Below, piece by piece: positions 9,101 through 19,173 of a DNA stretch of 64,000 nt. The stretch is from an uncultured Acidobacteriota bacterium. GTDB lineage: Bacteria; Acidobacteriota; Thermoanaerobaculia; Multivoradales; JAGPDF01. The stretch covers positions 3,822 to 67,821 of the forward strand of contig CAWDOT010000003.1 of assembly GCA_963803995.1 (NCBI GenBank), in the 5' to 3' direction. Under the pieces are notes generated by a model. That model did not search any database and was not told where the DNA came from. It worked only from the letters and a program-made list of their open reading frames with translations. The number at the start of each line of letters is the position of its first letter. Positions within the stretch are counted from its first letter, which is position 1. The translations under genes were made by a program, and so were the position numbers.

Positions 9101-10963
9101 TCACCATCCGATGCCTGTGTCCTCGCCGTAGTTCGACGCCGCGCCCCAGAGCGTGCCGTGCGCCCGGTCGATCTGGATCGCGGTGACCGGCCCCGAGGTG
9201 CGCTCGTCGAAGTCGAGCCGGTAGCCCATGCGCCGGAGCTCGTCGCGCACCCACTCGGGCAGGTCCGAGCGCAGCGTCAGCCGTCCCGGCTCGCTCGCGT
9301 GGTCGCCGAAGGAGCTGCGCATCTGGTAGCTGTTCACGTTCGCGGCCTCGACTGCTTCCTGCGGCGTCATGCCGAAGTCGACGACGTCGAGGAAGAACTG
9401 CAGCAGGTTCTGGTCCTGCGTGTCGCCGCCCTGGACGGCGAAGGCGAGCCAGGGCCTGCCGTCGGCGAGCGCGAGCGTCGGCGTCAGCGTCACGCGCGGC
9501 CGCTTGCCCGGCGCGAGCACGTTGTAGGGGCCGTCGCTCTCGTCGAGCACGAAGCTCTGCATCCGCTGCGAGAGCCCGATGCCGGTCGCGCCCGCCACCA
9601 CCGCCGGCACCCAGGCGCCGGAGGGGGTCATCGACACCACCCAGCCCTCGGCGTCGGCCGCGACGACCGAAGTCGTGCCGGCGCGGAAAGCCTCGTCGAA
9701 GTCGAGCGACGAGACCTGGAAGCCGGGACGCGTCTCGCCCGCCGCCGGCGCCCGCCACGCGCGCAGCAGCGCGGCGAACGGATTGCTGCCGCCCTGGAAC
9801 GGGTAGGGGTCGCCGGGGCCGAGGTCGGTCCGGTTGCGCGCCGGGTCGAAGCCCTTCCAGCGCTCGCGCGCGTAGTCCTTCGAGAGCAGGCCCGCGACCG
9901 GCTCCTCCGGCGGGAAGGCCGGATCGCCGTAATAGAAGTCGCGGTCGGCGAAAGCCATGTGCATCGCCTGCGCCACCGTGTGCAGGTAGCGCGCGCTGTT
10001 GTAGCCCATGGCCTTCAGGTCCTCCTGCTCGAGCAGGTTGAGCGCCTGGAGCAGCGCCGGCCCCTGGGTCCAGACCGTCAGCTTGTGCACCTCGACGCCC
10101 CGGTAGGTGGTCGCGACCGAGGGCTCGAAGCGGGGGCGCCAGGCGGCGAGGTCGGCGGCGGTGATCAGCCCCCCCTCGGCGGCGACCGCGGCGGCGAGCT
10201 CGCGCGCCAGCGCGCCCCGGTAGAACAGCTCGTCGGCGGCGAGGATCGCCGCCCGGCGGTCGGCGCCGGCGGTGAGCGCGGCGCGCTCGGCCTCGACCAG
10301 ACGGCGCAGCGTGCGCGCGAGATCGGGCTGCCGGAAGATCTCGCCCGGCGCCGGCGGTTCTCCCGCGCGCGGCAGGAAGAGGCCGCGCGAGAAGGGCCAG
10401 CCGGCGAGCCGCTCGCGGTGACGCCTCAGGCTGCCGGCGAGCTGGGCTTCGATCGGGAAGCCATCGGCGAGCTCGATCGCCGGCTCGAGCACTTTCGCGA
10501 GCGGCAGACGCCCCCACTCGGCGAGCATCGCGAAGAGGCCGCCCGGAGTGCCGGGCAACACCGCCGCGAGCGGTCCGTACTCGGGCGGATAGCGGAAGCC
10601 CCGCTCGCGATAGAGCGCCGGCGTCGCCGCGGCGGGGGCGGTGCCGAGCGCGTTGACGCCGGTCACCTTGCCGGCGCGCGGATCCCAGACCAGCGCCTGC
10701 GTCTCGCCCCCCCAGCCGAGCGTGTCCCAGAGCGTGCAGGTCGCGGCGAGCATCGCGCAGGCCGCGTCGACCGCGTTGCCGCCGGCGAGGAAAGTGCGCG
10801 CGCCGGCGACCGCTGCGAGCGGCTTGCCGGTCACCGCCATCCACTTCTGGCCGTGCAGTGGCGGCTTCTGCGTGCGCACGGCGGCGGCCACCGCGGCGAA
10901 CGCGGCGAACGCGACGAGCAGGGCGATCGACAGGGCGGCGAGCGGCGAGGGGCGTCGGGGCAT
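9101..10963 (-). CDS. ggt: Gamma-glutamyltransferase, exported
   Basis: GGNAVDAA, nucleophile region GTTSVVAAD, PGKRPRVTLTP, GGDTQ; signal peptide; GGAGG RBS. Confidence 0.92.
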   Translation of the reverse strand: MPRRPSPLAALSIALLVAFAAFAAVAAAVRTQKPPLHGQKWMAVTGKPLAAVAGARTFLAGGNAVDAACAMLAATCTLWDTLGWGGETQALVWDPRAGKVTGVNALGTAPAAATPALYRERGFRYPPEYGPLAAVLPGTPGGLFAMLAEWGRLPLAKVLEPAIELADGFPIEAQLAGSLRRHRERLAGWPFSRGLFLPRAGEPPAPGEIFRQPDLARTLRRLVEAERAALTAGADRRAAILAADELFYRGALARELAAAVAAEGGLITAADLAAWRPRFEPSVATTYRGVEVHKLTVWTQGPALLQALNLLEQEDLKAMGYNSARYLHTVAQAMHMAFADRDFYYGDPAFPPEEPVAGLLSKDYARERWKGFDPARNRTDLGPGDPYPFQGGSNPFAALLRAWRAPAAGETRPGFQVSSLDFDEAFRAGTTSVVAADAEGWVVSMTPSGAWVPAVVAGATGIGLSQRMQSFVLDESDGPYNVLAPGKRPRVTLTPTLALADGRPWLAFAVQGGDTQDQNLLQFFLDVVDFGMTPQEAVEAANVNSYQMRSSFGDHASEPGRLTLRSDLPEWVRDELRRMGYRLDFDERTSGPVTAIQIDRAHGTLWGAASNYGEDTGIGW

Positions 10964-11006
10964 CGGTCCGGCCTCCGTTCCGCAAGCGACACTACCGAAA
11001 CGGCGA

Positions 11007-11029
11007 AGGGCCGGCGAATCGCCGGCCCT
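11007..11029 (-). terminator. Probable intrinsic terminator after the zinc peptidase gene
   Basis: Perfect 10-bp stem AGGGCCGGCG / CGCCGGCCCT, followed on the minus strand by TCGCCGTTTC. Confidence 0.55.
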
Positions 11030-11060
11030 CCGGAGCACCCGCCCCCTTCGGGAACGGAAG

Positions 11061-11759
11061 TCAGTCGCGGCTGCGGCCGCCCAGCAGGCCGGCGCGGAAG
11101 AGGAAGTAGAGCAGGGTGAGCAGCGTCGAGATGGCCGCGGCGACGTAGGTGAGCGCGGCGGCGTTGAGCACCCGGTCCATGCCCTCGCGCTCCTGCGGCA
11201 GGACGATGCCGTTGGCGACCGCGAGCTGCTTGGCGCGCGCCGAGGCGTCGAACTCGACCGGCAGCGTGACGAGCTGGAAGGCGAAGACGCAGGAGAAGAG
11301 GACGACGCCGACCAGGAACATCTGCATCGAGCCGAGGATCAGACCGAAGGTCATCACCAGGTAGCCGACCGACGAGCCGATGTTGGCGGTCGGCACCAGC
11401 AGCGAGCGGAGCCAGAGCGGCTTGTAGGCGGTGGCGTGCTGGATGGCGTGCCCCGCTTCGTGGCAGGCGACGCCGACCGCGGCGATCGAGGGCACCCCGA
11501 AGACCTGCTCGGAGAGCGCCAGCGTCTTCGTCACCGGGTTGTAGTGGTCGGTCAGGTTGCCCTGGTGGGGCACCACTTTGACGTCGCGGATGCCGGCCGA
11601 GTCGAGCATCCGCTGCGCCGCCTGGGCGCCGGTGAGGCCGGTGGCGACCCGGACCTTGGAGTACTTCGAGAACGCCGACTTCGTCCGGAAGCTCGCCCAG
11701 AGCGAGAGCAGCAGCGCCGGCGCGAGAAAGACGAAATACATGGGGTCGAAACCGATCAT
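11061..11759 (-). CDS. YugP-like membrane zinc metallopeptidase
   Basis: LTDHYNP, HEAGHAIQH, TLPVEFDAS, AAALTYVAA. Confidence 0.92.
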   Translation of the reverse strand: MIGFDPMYFVFLAPALLLSLWASFRTKSAFSKYSKVRVATGLTGAQAAQRMLDSAGIRDVKVVPHQGNLTDHYNPVTKTLALSEQVFGVPSIAAVGVACHEAGHAIQHATAYKPLWLRSLLVPTANIGSSVGYLVMTFGLILGSMQMFLVGVVLFSCVFAFQLVTLPVEFDASARAKQLAVANGIVLPQEREGMDRVLNAAALTYVAAAISTLLTLLYFLFRAGLLGGRSRD

Positions 11760-11863
11760 GGAACACTCCTCCGTTCGGTCCGAGAGAACGCGCAGCGCTC
11801 CCTCGACATTCCCTACGCGCGATCGCGCGCCTCAGCTTATCGGACCCGCTCCGGCCTTCCGGC

Positions 11864-12175
11864 TCAGGCGCCGAGCAGGTGGATCTTCCGCTTCTCCGGG
11901 TCGCGCTGGGGGCGGTAGAAGACCGAGACGTGGCCGACCCGGCCGACCTCGGCGCAGCCGAGGCGGTCCTCGATCCCGGCGGCGAGCGCCGCCTTCTCCT
12001 CCAGGTTGTCGACGTAGCGCAGCTTGATCAGCTCGTGGTCGTCGAGGGCGCGGTCGATCTGGGCGAGGACGGCCTCGGAGAGCCCCCCTTTGCCGAGGTG
12101 GACGACCGGCTGGAAGGCGTGGGCCATCCCGCGCAGGAACTTGCGCTGGCGTCCGGAGAGCTCGAGAGCAGGCAT
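11864..12175 (-). CDS. yhbY: YhbY/CRM-domain RNA-binding protein
   Basis: LSGRQRKFLRGMAH, GKGGL, HELIKLR, VGHVSVFYR. Start placed at ATG 12175, 7 nt after a TAGAAT -10 box. Confidence 0.9.
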   Translation of the reverse strand: MPALELSGRQRKFLRGMAHAFQPVVHLGKGGLSEAVLAQIDRALDDHELIKLRYVDNLEEKAALAAGIEDRLGCAEVGRVGHVSVFYRPQRDPEKRKIHLLGA

Positions 12176-12215
12176 CTGCGCCATTCTACGACGCCCCGGC
12201 GTCTCCGGCCGGGGG

Positions 12216-12857
12216 TCAGGCGCCGAGCCGGCGCGCCACCGGCGCCTCGGCGAGGATCCCGTCGAGGCGGGCGGCGACGTCGCCCGCGACGAAGCCGCCT
12301 TCGGGCAGATAGGCGACCAGCCAGCCCCGCCGCGTCTCCGGGCGAACCTTGACCCGGTGGGAATCGGTGATCGGGGAGCCGAAGGGCCCCTCGGAGTCCG
12401 CCAGGAAGGGCTTGCCCGCGAGGTCGAGCGGCCCGCGCATCGAGTCGAGGATCTCGCCCGCGCGGCCGGCGCCGAGCGTCACCGGGAAGGAGAAGCTGCC
12501 CGTCGCGAGCACGCAGGCGGGGACCTTGAGCTCGATCGAGAGGGCGTTGTTGAGATCGACCAGCGGGTGGATCGGGGCGAGCTCCTCACCCTTGAGCAGG
12601 CGGCGCAGCAGCGCCTCGGAGGAGGGGCGGTAGCGCGTCGGATCGGTGCCCGCCGCCCGGAACAGGCGGCGCAGCGCGGCCACCGTCGGGTCCTCGCCGA
12701 GCTCGGCCGCCGTCCAGCGGCTGCGCAGCGCGGCCGCCTGCCGCGCCCGGAAGGCGATCAGCCGCTCCGCCGCCTCCGGATCGCCCGCCGCCTCGAGCTC
12801 GAACCAGACGAGCTCCCAGCCAGGCAGCTCGATCTTCACCTCGGGAGCGCTGCTCAT
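12216..12857 (-). CDS. B3/B4 tRNA-binding (PheT-like editing) domain protein
   Basis: GTDPTRYRPSSEALLRR, IHPLVDLNNALS, DSEGPFGSPITDS. Confidence 0.85.
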   Translation of the reverse strand: MSSAPEVKIELPGWELVWFELEAAGDPEAAERLIAFRARQAAALRSRWTAAELGEDPTVAALRRLFRAAGTDPTRYRPSSEALLRRLLKGEELAPIHPLVDLNNALSIELKVPACVLATGSFSFPVTLGAGRAGEILDSMRGPLDLAGKPFLADSEGPFGSPITDSHRVKVRPETRRGWLVAYLPEGGFVAGDVAARLDGILAEAPVARRLGA

Positions 12858-12975
12858 TCCCCGATTCTGCATCGAGTCCCCGCTGGCGCGCGCTATCGTC
12901 GCGGCAGTCCATCCCGCCCGAGGAAACCGCCATGAATCCACACCCCGCCCCGGTCGACCTCGCCCACCGCCGGAC

Positions 12976-13356
12976 ATGACCGGGAAGACGACAGCCCGTC
13001 CCGCCAAGTCGGCGCCACCGGCGGCCCGCGAACCGTCGCTGCGCTTCTTCTACTCGCGGGACCTGCATCGACGTGCGCTCGGCGTGCTCGACGCGCTCGA
13101 GGGCGACGCCGACCCGACCCGTCACCGGCAGGCGCTCGGCGAGCTCGTGGTCGAGCTGACCGACGCCGGACTCGACTACTACTTCCTGCGGCCGCTCGAG
13201 CTCGCCGACGCGGGGTTCGTCGTCCGGCAGTCCGCGAACCTGGGCATGATGGGCGCGAAGAACTTCATGTCGCCGGTGCTGCGCAGCGTGATCGGACGCA
13301 TGGAGGTCTTCCAGCTCAGGATCGTCGCCGGCTTCATCCGCGGGCTGATGGACTAG
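12976..13356 (+). CDS. Hypothetical protein (126 aa)
   Basis: Protein-like composition in the C-terminal part of ORF 12646..13356; fills the gap between two minus-strand genes. Confidence 0.65.
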   Translation: MTGKTTARPAKSAPPAAREPSLRFFYSRDLHRRALGVLDALEGDADPTRHRQALGELVVELTDAGLDYYFLRPLELADAGFVVRQSANLGMMGAKNFMSPVLRSVIGRMEVFQLRIVAGFIRGLMD

Positions 13357-13410
13357 CGCCTTCGAAAAGACGCCGCCCCGGGCGGCTCGGCCGGCGGCAG
13401 CGCGACCCGG

Positions 13411-14133
13411 TCAGGCGAGGTTGTGGAAGACCTTCTGGACGTCGTCGTCCTGCTCGAGCGTGTCGATCAGCTTGAGCACCTCGTGGGCCGGCTTCTCCGC
13501 GAGCTCGACCGGGGTGAGCGGCACGAACTCGGACTCGGCCGAGATCGGCGTGATGCCGCGGTCCTCGAGCGCCTTCTGCATGTGGCCGAAGTCCGAGAAG
13601 GCGCAGCGGATGAGAAGTTGCGGCTCGCCCTTCTCGCCCGCCGTCTCGCCCATCTCCTCGAGCCCGAAGTCGATCAGGTCGAGCTCGAGCTCGTCGGCCC
13701 GGAGCCCGGCCGGGTTCAGGCGGAAGGCGCCCATGCGCTTGAACAGGAAGGTGACGGCGCCGGTGTTGGCGAGGTTGCCGCCCCCCTTGTTGAAGTGGGT
13801 GCGGAGGCTCGAGACGGTGCGCGCCGGGTTGTCGGTCGCGGTCTCGACCACCACCGCGACGCCGTGCGGCGCGTAGCCCTCGTAGAGGATCTCCTGGTAG
13901 TCGGCCGCGTCCTGGCCGGAGGCCTTCTTGATCGCCGACTCGACCTTGTCCTTCGGCATGTTGACCGCGCGCGCGTTCGCGATCGCGCGGCGCAGCCCCG
14001 GGTTCGCGTCCGGGCTGGGGCCGCCCGCCTTGACGGCGATGGTGATCTCCTTGCCGATGCGGGCGAACTGCTTGGACATCTTGTCCCAGCGGGCGAACAT
14101 CGTGTGCTTGCGGGTTTCGAAGATGCGTCCCAT
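13411..14133 (-). CDS. yebC: YebC/PmpR family protein
   Basis: [44 protein letters not shown]. Confidence 0.93.
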   Translation of the reverse strand: MGRIFETRKHTMFARWDKMSKQFARIGKEITIAVKAGGPSPDANPGLRRAIANARAVNMPKDKVESAIKKASGQDAADYQEILYEGYAPHGVAVVVETATDNPARTVSSLRTHFNKGGGNLANTGAVTFLFKRMGAFRLNPAGLRADELELDLIDFGLEEMGETAGEKGEPQLLIRCAFSDFGHMQKALEDRGITPISAESEFVPLTPVELAEKPAHEVLKLIDTLEQDDDVQKVFHNLA

Positions 14134-14319
14134 GGTCTTTCGCTCGAGGACCGAGAGTGGGTGAATCGGGGTTCCGGACGCCCGGCCGGGCCGGACGGCG
14201 GAAACGAGGCGAAGGATCGCCCGATCGAACCTCCGGAATCTAGCCCGACTCGACCCGCCGGGCAAGGGCGGCGGCCGGGTGGGGGCGCTCCGGGCGCCGT
14301 CGTTCTAGACTCTTCCGAC

Positions 14320-14814
14320 ATGCCCGGCGAGCTCACCGTCCGCGAGATCGGCCCCGAGGAGTTCGACCTCGTCTGGCCGATCTTCCGCGCCGTCGTCGCG
14401 GCCGGCGACACGTACTCCTACGCTCCCGACACTCCGCTCGAGGAGGCGCGCGCGCTCTGGACGGCGCCGCCGGCGCGCTGCTTCGTGGCCGAGCAGGACG
14501 GCGCCGTGATCGGCACCTACCGGCTCAAGGCCAACCAGCCGGGTCTCGGCGACCACGTCGCCAACGCCGGCTACATGGTCGCGCCCGCGGCGCGCGGGCG
14601 GGGCATCGCCACGCAGCTGTGCGAGCACTCGATCGACGTCGCGCGCGCCGCCGGGTTCAAGGCCATGCAGTTCAACTTCGTGGTCTCGACCAACGAGGCC
14701 GCCGTGCGCCTCTGGTGGCGCCTCGGCTTCGAGATCGTCGGCCGCGTCCCGCGCGCCTTCCGCCACGCCGAGCTCGGGCCGACCGACGTGCTCGTGATGT
14801 ACCGCGACCTCTGA
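14320..14814 (+). CDS. GNAT family acetyltransferase
   Basis: NQPGLGDHVANAGYMV, RGRGIA, QFNFVVSTNEAAVRLW. Confidence 0.9.
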   Translation: MPGELTVREIGPEEFDLVWPIFRAVVAAGDTYSYAPDTPLEEARALWTAPPARCFVAEQDGAVIGTYRLKANQPGLGDHVANAGYMVAPAARGRGIATQLCEHSIDVARAAGFKAMQFNFVVSTNEAAVRLWWRLGFEIVGRVPRAFRHAELGPTDVLVMYRDL

Positions 14815-14860
14815 GGCGAGCGCCCGCCGCGCCGGCCCCGTCCGCTCTTCTGCACCTGCC

Positions 14861-15655
14861 ATGGTCCGCCCCGCCCCACGCCCCGATCGCGACGCCGAGT
14901 TCACGCGCCTGGTCGACGCCGAGGGGGCGCGGCTGCTCGCCTTCGGGCGGCGCTTCTGCGGCGACGGCTCGGACGCCGAGGACCTCGTCCAGGAGACCTT
15001 CGCGCACGCCTATCGCGCCTTCGACCAGCTCGAGGACCCCGGCCACGCCCGCGCCTGGCTCTACACGATCGCCCGCCGCGCCTGCCAGCGCATGCACCGG
15101 CGGCGCTCCGGCGAGCCGGTCCGGCTCGAGTCGCTCGCCGAGCTCGAGCCGCGCCGGGGAGAGATCCTGGCGGAGCTGCCCGGCGAGCCGGGCGATCCGC
15201 ACGGCGACCGGCTGCGCTCCGAGGCGCGCGAACGGGTGGAGCGGGCGCTGGCGGCGCTGCCGGACCCCTTCCGCCAGACCCTCGTCCTCGCCGACCTCGC
15301 CGAGCTCTCGCTCGCCGAGATCGCCGCCGTGCTCGGAGTCAAGGAAGCCACCGTCAAGACGCGCCTCCACCGGGCGCGGCTGAAGCTGCGCCAGGTGCTC
15401 GCCGAGGAGCTGCCGCACCGGCCCGCCCCCGACCCCGACCACGCGCGCCGGGTCTGCCTCGACCTGCTGCACGCCAAGCTCGAGGCGATGGACCGCCAGG
15501 TCCCCTTCCCCTACAGCGACAAGGCGCTCTGCGAGCGCTGCCGTAACCTGCTGGGAACGCTCGACCTGGCGAGCGACTCCTGCCGCGCCCTGGGCGCCGG
15601 ACCGTTCCCCGCCGGGCTGCGCACGAGAGTCCTCGCGACCGTCCGGAAGGGCTAA
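14861..15655 (+). CDS. ECF sigma factor with Cys-containing C-terminal extension
   Basis: Region 2 DAEDLVQETF and AWLYTIAR; region 4 EIAAVLGVKEATVKTRLHRAR; tail of about 80 aa with C...CERC...C. Confidence 0.9.
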   Translation: MVRPAPRPDRDAEFTRLVDAEGARLLAFGRRFCGDGSDAEDLVQETFAHAYRAFDQLEDPGHARAWLYTIARRACQRMHRRRSGEPVRLESLAELEPRRGEILAELPGEPGDPHGDRLRSEARERVERALAALPDPFRQTLVLADLAELSLAEIAAVLGVKEATVKTRLHRARLKLRQVLAEELPHRPAPDPDHARRVCLDLLHAKLEAMDRQVPFPYSDKALCERCRNLLGTLDLASDSCRALGAGPFPAGLRTRVLATVRKG

Positions 15656-15679
15656 GCTTCCCGGGCGGCGGCGCGGCGC

Positions 15680-15708
15680 GGGAACCTAAGGCGGCAGCCG
15701 TGCCTCTC
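15680..15708 (+). promoter_or_regulatory. Candidate ECF promoter for trxA (GGGAACC-N16-CCTCT)
   Basis: GGAACC 15681-15686, 16-nt spacer, CCTCTC 15703-15708; same architecture at 22676-22704 on the minus strand. Confidence 0.6.
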
Positions 15709-15773
15709 AACCAGCGAGCGCAGCCCGGTCGCAGCCGGGACCGCCCGACCAGCCCCGCCAGAGGAGAGAGAAC

Positions 15774-16100
15774 GTGAAGCAGATCGAATACATCGGAAAC
15801 GCGCAGGACTTCCAGACGAGCATCGCCGGCTCGACGCCGGTGCTGGTGGACTTCTGGGCCCCCTGGTGCGGCCCCTGCAAGATGATCGCCCCGGCCCTCG
15901 AGGAGCTCTCCGAGGAGCTCTCCGGCAAGGTGCGCATCGCCAAGGTGAACGTCGACGACCTGCCGGAGCTCGCCTCGCCCTTCTACATCCAGGGCATCCC
16001 GACGCTGATCCTCTTCAAGGAGGGGCGGGAGATCGACCGCATCGTCGGCGCCGCGCCGAAGGCCCGGATGAAGGAATGGCTGCTCGGCCGCGCCGCCTGA
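15774..16100 (+). CDS. trxA: Thioredoxin
   Basis: VDFWAPWCGPCKMIAP, GIPTL; GTG start with AGGAG RBS. Confidence 0.95.
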   Translation: MKQIEYIGNAQDFQTSIAGSTPVLVDFWAPWCGPCKMIAPALEELSEELSGKVRIAKVNVDDLPELASPFYIQGIPTLILFKEGREIDRIVGAAPKARMKEWLLGRAA

Positions 16101-16663
16101 GCGCGAGCGGCGCCCTCGCCGCGCTCTTCTTCGTGCTCCACGCCGCGGCCGGGGCGCAGGCGCCCCCGGCCGCACCGACGACGCCGTCGACGCCGCTCGC
16201 CAACCAGCGGACGCCCCTGCCCGGGATCTTCACGGGCGGCGCGCCGAAGACGGTCGACGGCATCCCGGCGGTCGCCGCGCTCGGCATCCGGACTTTCGTC
16301 GACCTGCGCACCGACGCCGAAGCGACGCCCGAGGTGAGAGCCGCGGTCGAAGCGGCCGGCATGGCCTACGAACGGGTGCCGATCGGCGGCGACGCCGATC
16401 TCGACCTCGCCACCGCCCGCGCGCTCGACCAGCTGCTCGACGATCCCGCGCGCTACCCGGTCGCGGTCGTCTGCTCGAGCGGCAACCGGAGCGGCGCGCT
16501 GCTCGCGGTCGAGGGCTTCTGGCTCGACGGCCGGCCCCCGGAGGAGGCTCTCGGGCTCGGCAGGAGCGCGGGTCTCACCCGCCTGGAGCCTTCCGTGCGC
16601 CTCCTGCTCGGCCTGCCGCCGCTCCCGCCGCCCGCACCCGCCGCCGCCCCTCCGAGCCGCTGA
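16076..16663 (+). CDS. Exported DUF442/PTP-like sulfurtransferase or phosphatase
   Basis: In-frame ATG 16076 gives a signal peptide; GIRTFVDLR; active loop VCSSGNRS. Confidence 0.7.
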   Translation: MAARPRRLSASGALAALFFVLHAAAGAQAPPAAPTTPSTPLANQRTPLPGIFTGGAPKTVDGIPAVAALGIRTFVDLRTDAEATPEVRAAVEAAGMAYERVPIGGDADLDLATARALDQLLDDPARYPVAVVCSSGNRSGALLAVEGFWLDGRPPEEALGLGRSAGLTRLEPSVRLLLGLPPLPPPAPAAAPPSR

Positions 16664-16738
16664 GTTCCGGCCCCGCGCGACGCGGGGGGCCGACGCGGCC
16701 TAGACTTCCCTCCGGAGGATCTCCATGGAGACCACCGG

Positions 16739-18096
16739 ATGACCGATCCGCTCTTCTGGCACCGCCTGCAGTTCGGCTTCACCATCACCTACCACTACCT
16801 CTTCCCGCAGCTCACGATGGGGCTGGCGCTGCTGATCGTCGTCCTCAAGGGGATCGGCCTGCGCACCGGACGGCCCCGAGTGGAACGACGCGGCGCGCTT
16901 CTGGATCCGCATCTTCGGTCTCTCCTTCGCGATGGGCGTCGTCACCGGCGTCCCGATGGAGTTCCAGTTCGGCACCAACTGGGCGCAGTTCTCGGCGAAG
17001 ACCGGCGGCGTCATCGGCCAGACGCTCGCGATGGAGGGGATCTTCGCCTTCTTCCTCGAGTCGAGCTTCCTCGCCCTGCTCGTCTGGGGCGAACGCCGGC
17101 TGGGCGAGCGCAGGCACTTCCTCGCCGCGGTCGCGCTCTGGGTCGGCAGCTGGCTCTCGGGCTACTTCATCGTCACCACCAACGCCTTCATGCAGCACCC
17201 GGTCGGGTCACGAGCTCGGCCCGGACGGCACCTTCCAGCTCGCCGACCTCTCCGCCTTCCTCTTCAACCCCTGGGCGATCGCGCAGTACGCCCACACGAT
17301 GATGGGCGCGATCGTCACCGGCGCCTTCGCGATGGCGGCGCTCGGCGCCTTCTGGACGCTGCGCGGCGAGCACCGCGAGGCGGCGCGGGTCTCGCTCGCG
17401 ACCGGCGTCGTCGTCGGCCTCGCCGCGTCGATCCTGGTCGCGATGCCGACCGGCCACGTCCAGGGGCGGCTGGTCGCCGAGCACCAGCCGGCGGCGCTCG
17501 CCGGCGATGGAGGGGCGCTTCGAGAGCGGGCCGCGCGCGCCGCTCGCCGTGATCGGCCAGCCCAACGTCGCCGAGCGCAAGCTCGACAACCCGATCGAGC
17601 TGCCGGCGATGCTCTCTTACATCGCCTACGGCGACTTCTCGGCCGACGTCCGCGGGCTCGACTCCTTTCCCGAGGACGAGTGGCCGACCAACATCGAGCT
17701 GCTCTACTACGGCTTCCACGTGATGGTCGGGCCTCGGCACGCTGTTCATCGGCGTGATGGCGCTCGCCGCGCTCCAGCTTCTGCGCCGGAAGCTCGCGTC
17801 GAGCCGCTGGCTGCTCTGGATCCTCGCGCTTCGCCTTCCCCTTCCCGTTCATCGCCAACACCGCGGGCTGGATGACCGCCGAGCTCGGCCGCCAGCCCTG
17901 GCTGGTCTACGGCCTGCTGCGCACCGCCGACGGCGGCTCGCCCACCGTGCACGGCGGCTCGACGCTGTTCACGACCCTCGGCTTCGCCGGGCTCTACCTC
18001 GTGCTCGGCATCCTGTTCGTGATCCTCGTCGTGCGCGAGGTCGGTCACGGCCCGCGCCCGCTCGGCGCGCCGGGGCAGCCGGCGGCGGGGCACTGA
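16739..18096 (+). CDS. cydA: Cytochrome bd ubiquinol oxidase subunit I (several frameshifts in this sequence)
   Basis: Fragments in successive frames: RLQFGFTITYHYLFP, GVVTGVPMEFQFGTNW, NAFMQHP, HQPAALA/MEG, TAELGRQPW. Confidence 0.9.
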
Positions 18097-18106
18097 GGAG
18101 ATCGCC

Positions 18107-19154
18107 ATGGAAACGCTCTGGTTCTGGATCGCCTCGGTGATGGTCGCCGTCTACGTCGTGCTCGACGGCTTCGACTTCGGCGCCGGCATCCTGCATCTGG
18201 CGGTGGCGAAGAGCGACCGCGAGCGGCGCCAGGTGCTCGCCGCGATCGGCCCCTTCTGGGACGGCAACGAGGTCTGGCTGCTCGCGGGCGGCGGCGTGCT
18301 CTTCCTCGCCTTCCCGAAGGTGCTCGCCTCCGGGCTCTCGGGCTTCTATCTCGCGATCATGCTGGTGCTCTGGGTGCTGATCCTGCGCGGCATCGCGATC
18401 GAGTTCCGCTCGCACGTCGGCGACGGCATGTGGCGCGGCTTCTGGGACGGCACCTTCTGGCTCGCCTCGACGCTCGCGCCGGTGCTCTTCGGCGCCGCGC
18501 TCGGCAACCTCCTGCGCGGCGTGCCGCTCGACGAGAGCGGCTGGTTCGCGCTGCCGCTCTTCGATTCGTTCTCGCCGTCCGGCGCGCTCGGCATCCTCGA
18601 CTGGTACACGGTGCTCGCCGGCCTGCTCGCGCTCGTCGCGGTCGTCCACCACGGCGCGCTCTTCCTCGCCTGGAAGACCGACGGAGCGGTCGCACGAGCG
18701 GAGCCGCGCGTGGGCCGGGCGGCTCTTCCCGGCGGTGGTCGTGCTCTGGCTCGCCGCCAGCGTGGCGACCGCGAGCGTCGCGCCGGAGGTCTTCGCCGGC
18801 ATCCCGGGCCGTCCGCTCGCCTGGCTCGCGACCCTGCTCGCGGTCGTCGGAATCGCCATGAGCTTCGTCCACCGCCGAGCCGGCCGCGACCTCGCCGCGT
18901 TCCTCGGCTCGGCCGCTTTCCTGCTCGGCATCCTGGCGGCGACGGCGGCGTCGATCTACCCGACGATGCTGAAGTCGGCGACCGACCCGGCGCTCTCGCT
19001 GACCGCGATGAACTCCGCGGCGAGCGCGACCTCGCTCACCCGCGGCCTCTGGTGGTGGCCGGTCGGCCTCCTGCTGGCGATCGCCTACGCCGCCTTCCTC
19101 TTCCGCTTCCACCGCGGCAAGGTGCAGGCCGCGGCGGAGGGCGAGGGGTACTGA
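18107..19154 (+). CDS. cydB: Cytochrome bd oxidase subunit II (frameshift near 18700)
   Basis: VLDGFDFGAG, IGPFWDGNEVWL, LRGIAIEFR; C-terminus in ORF 18735..19154. Confidence 0.92.
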
Positions 19155-19173
19155 CCGGCCCGTTCCGGCGGGC

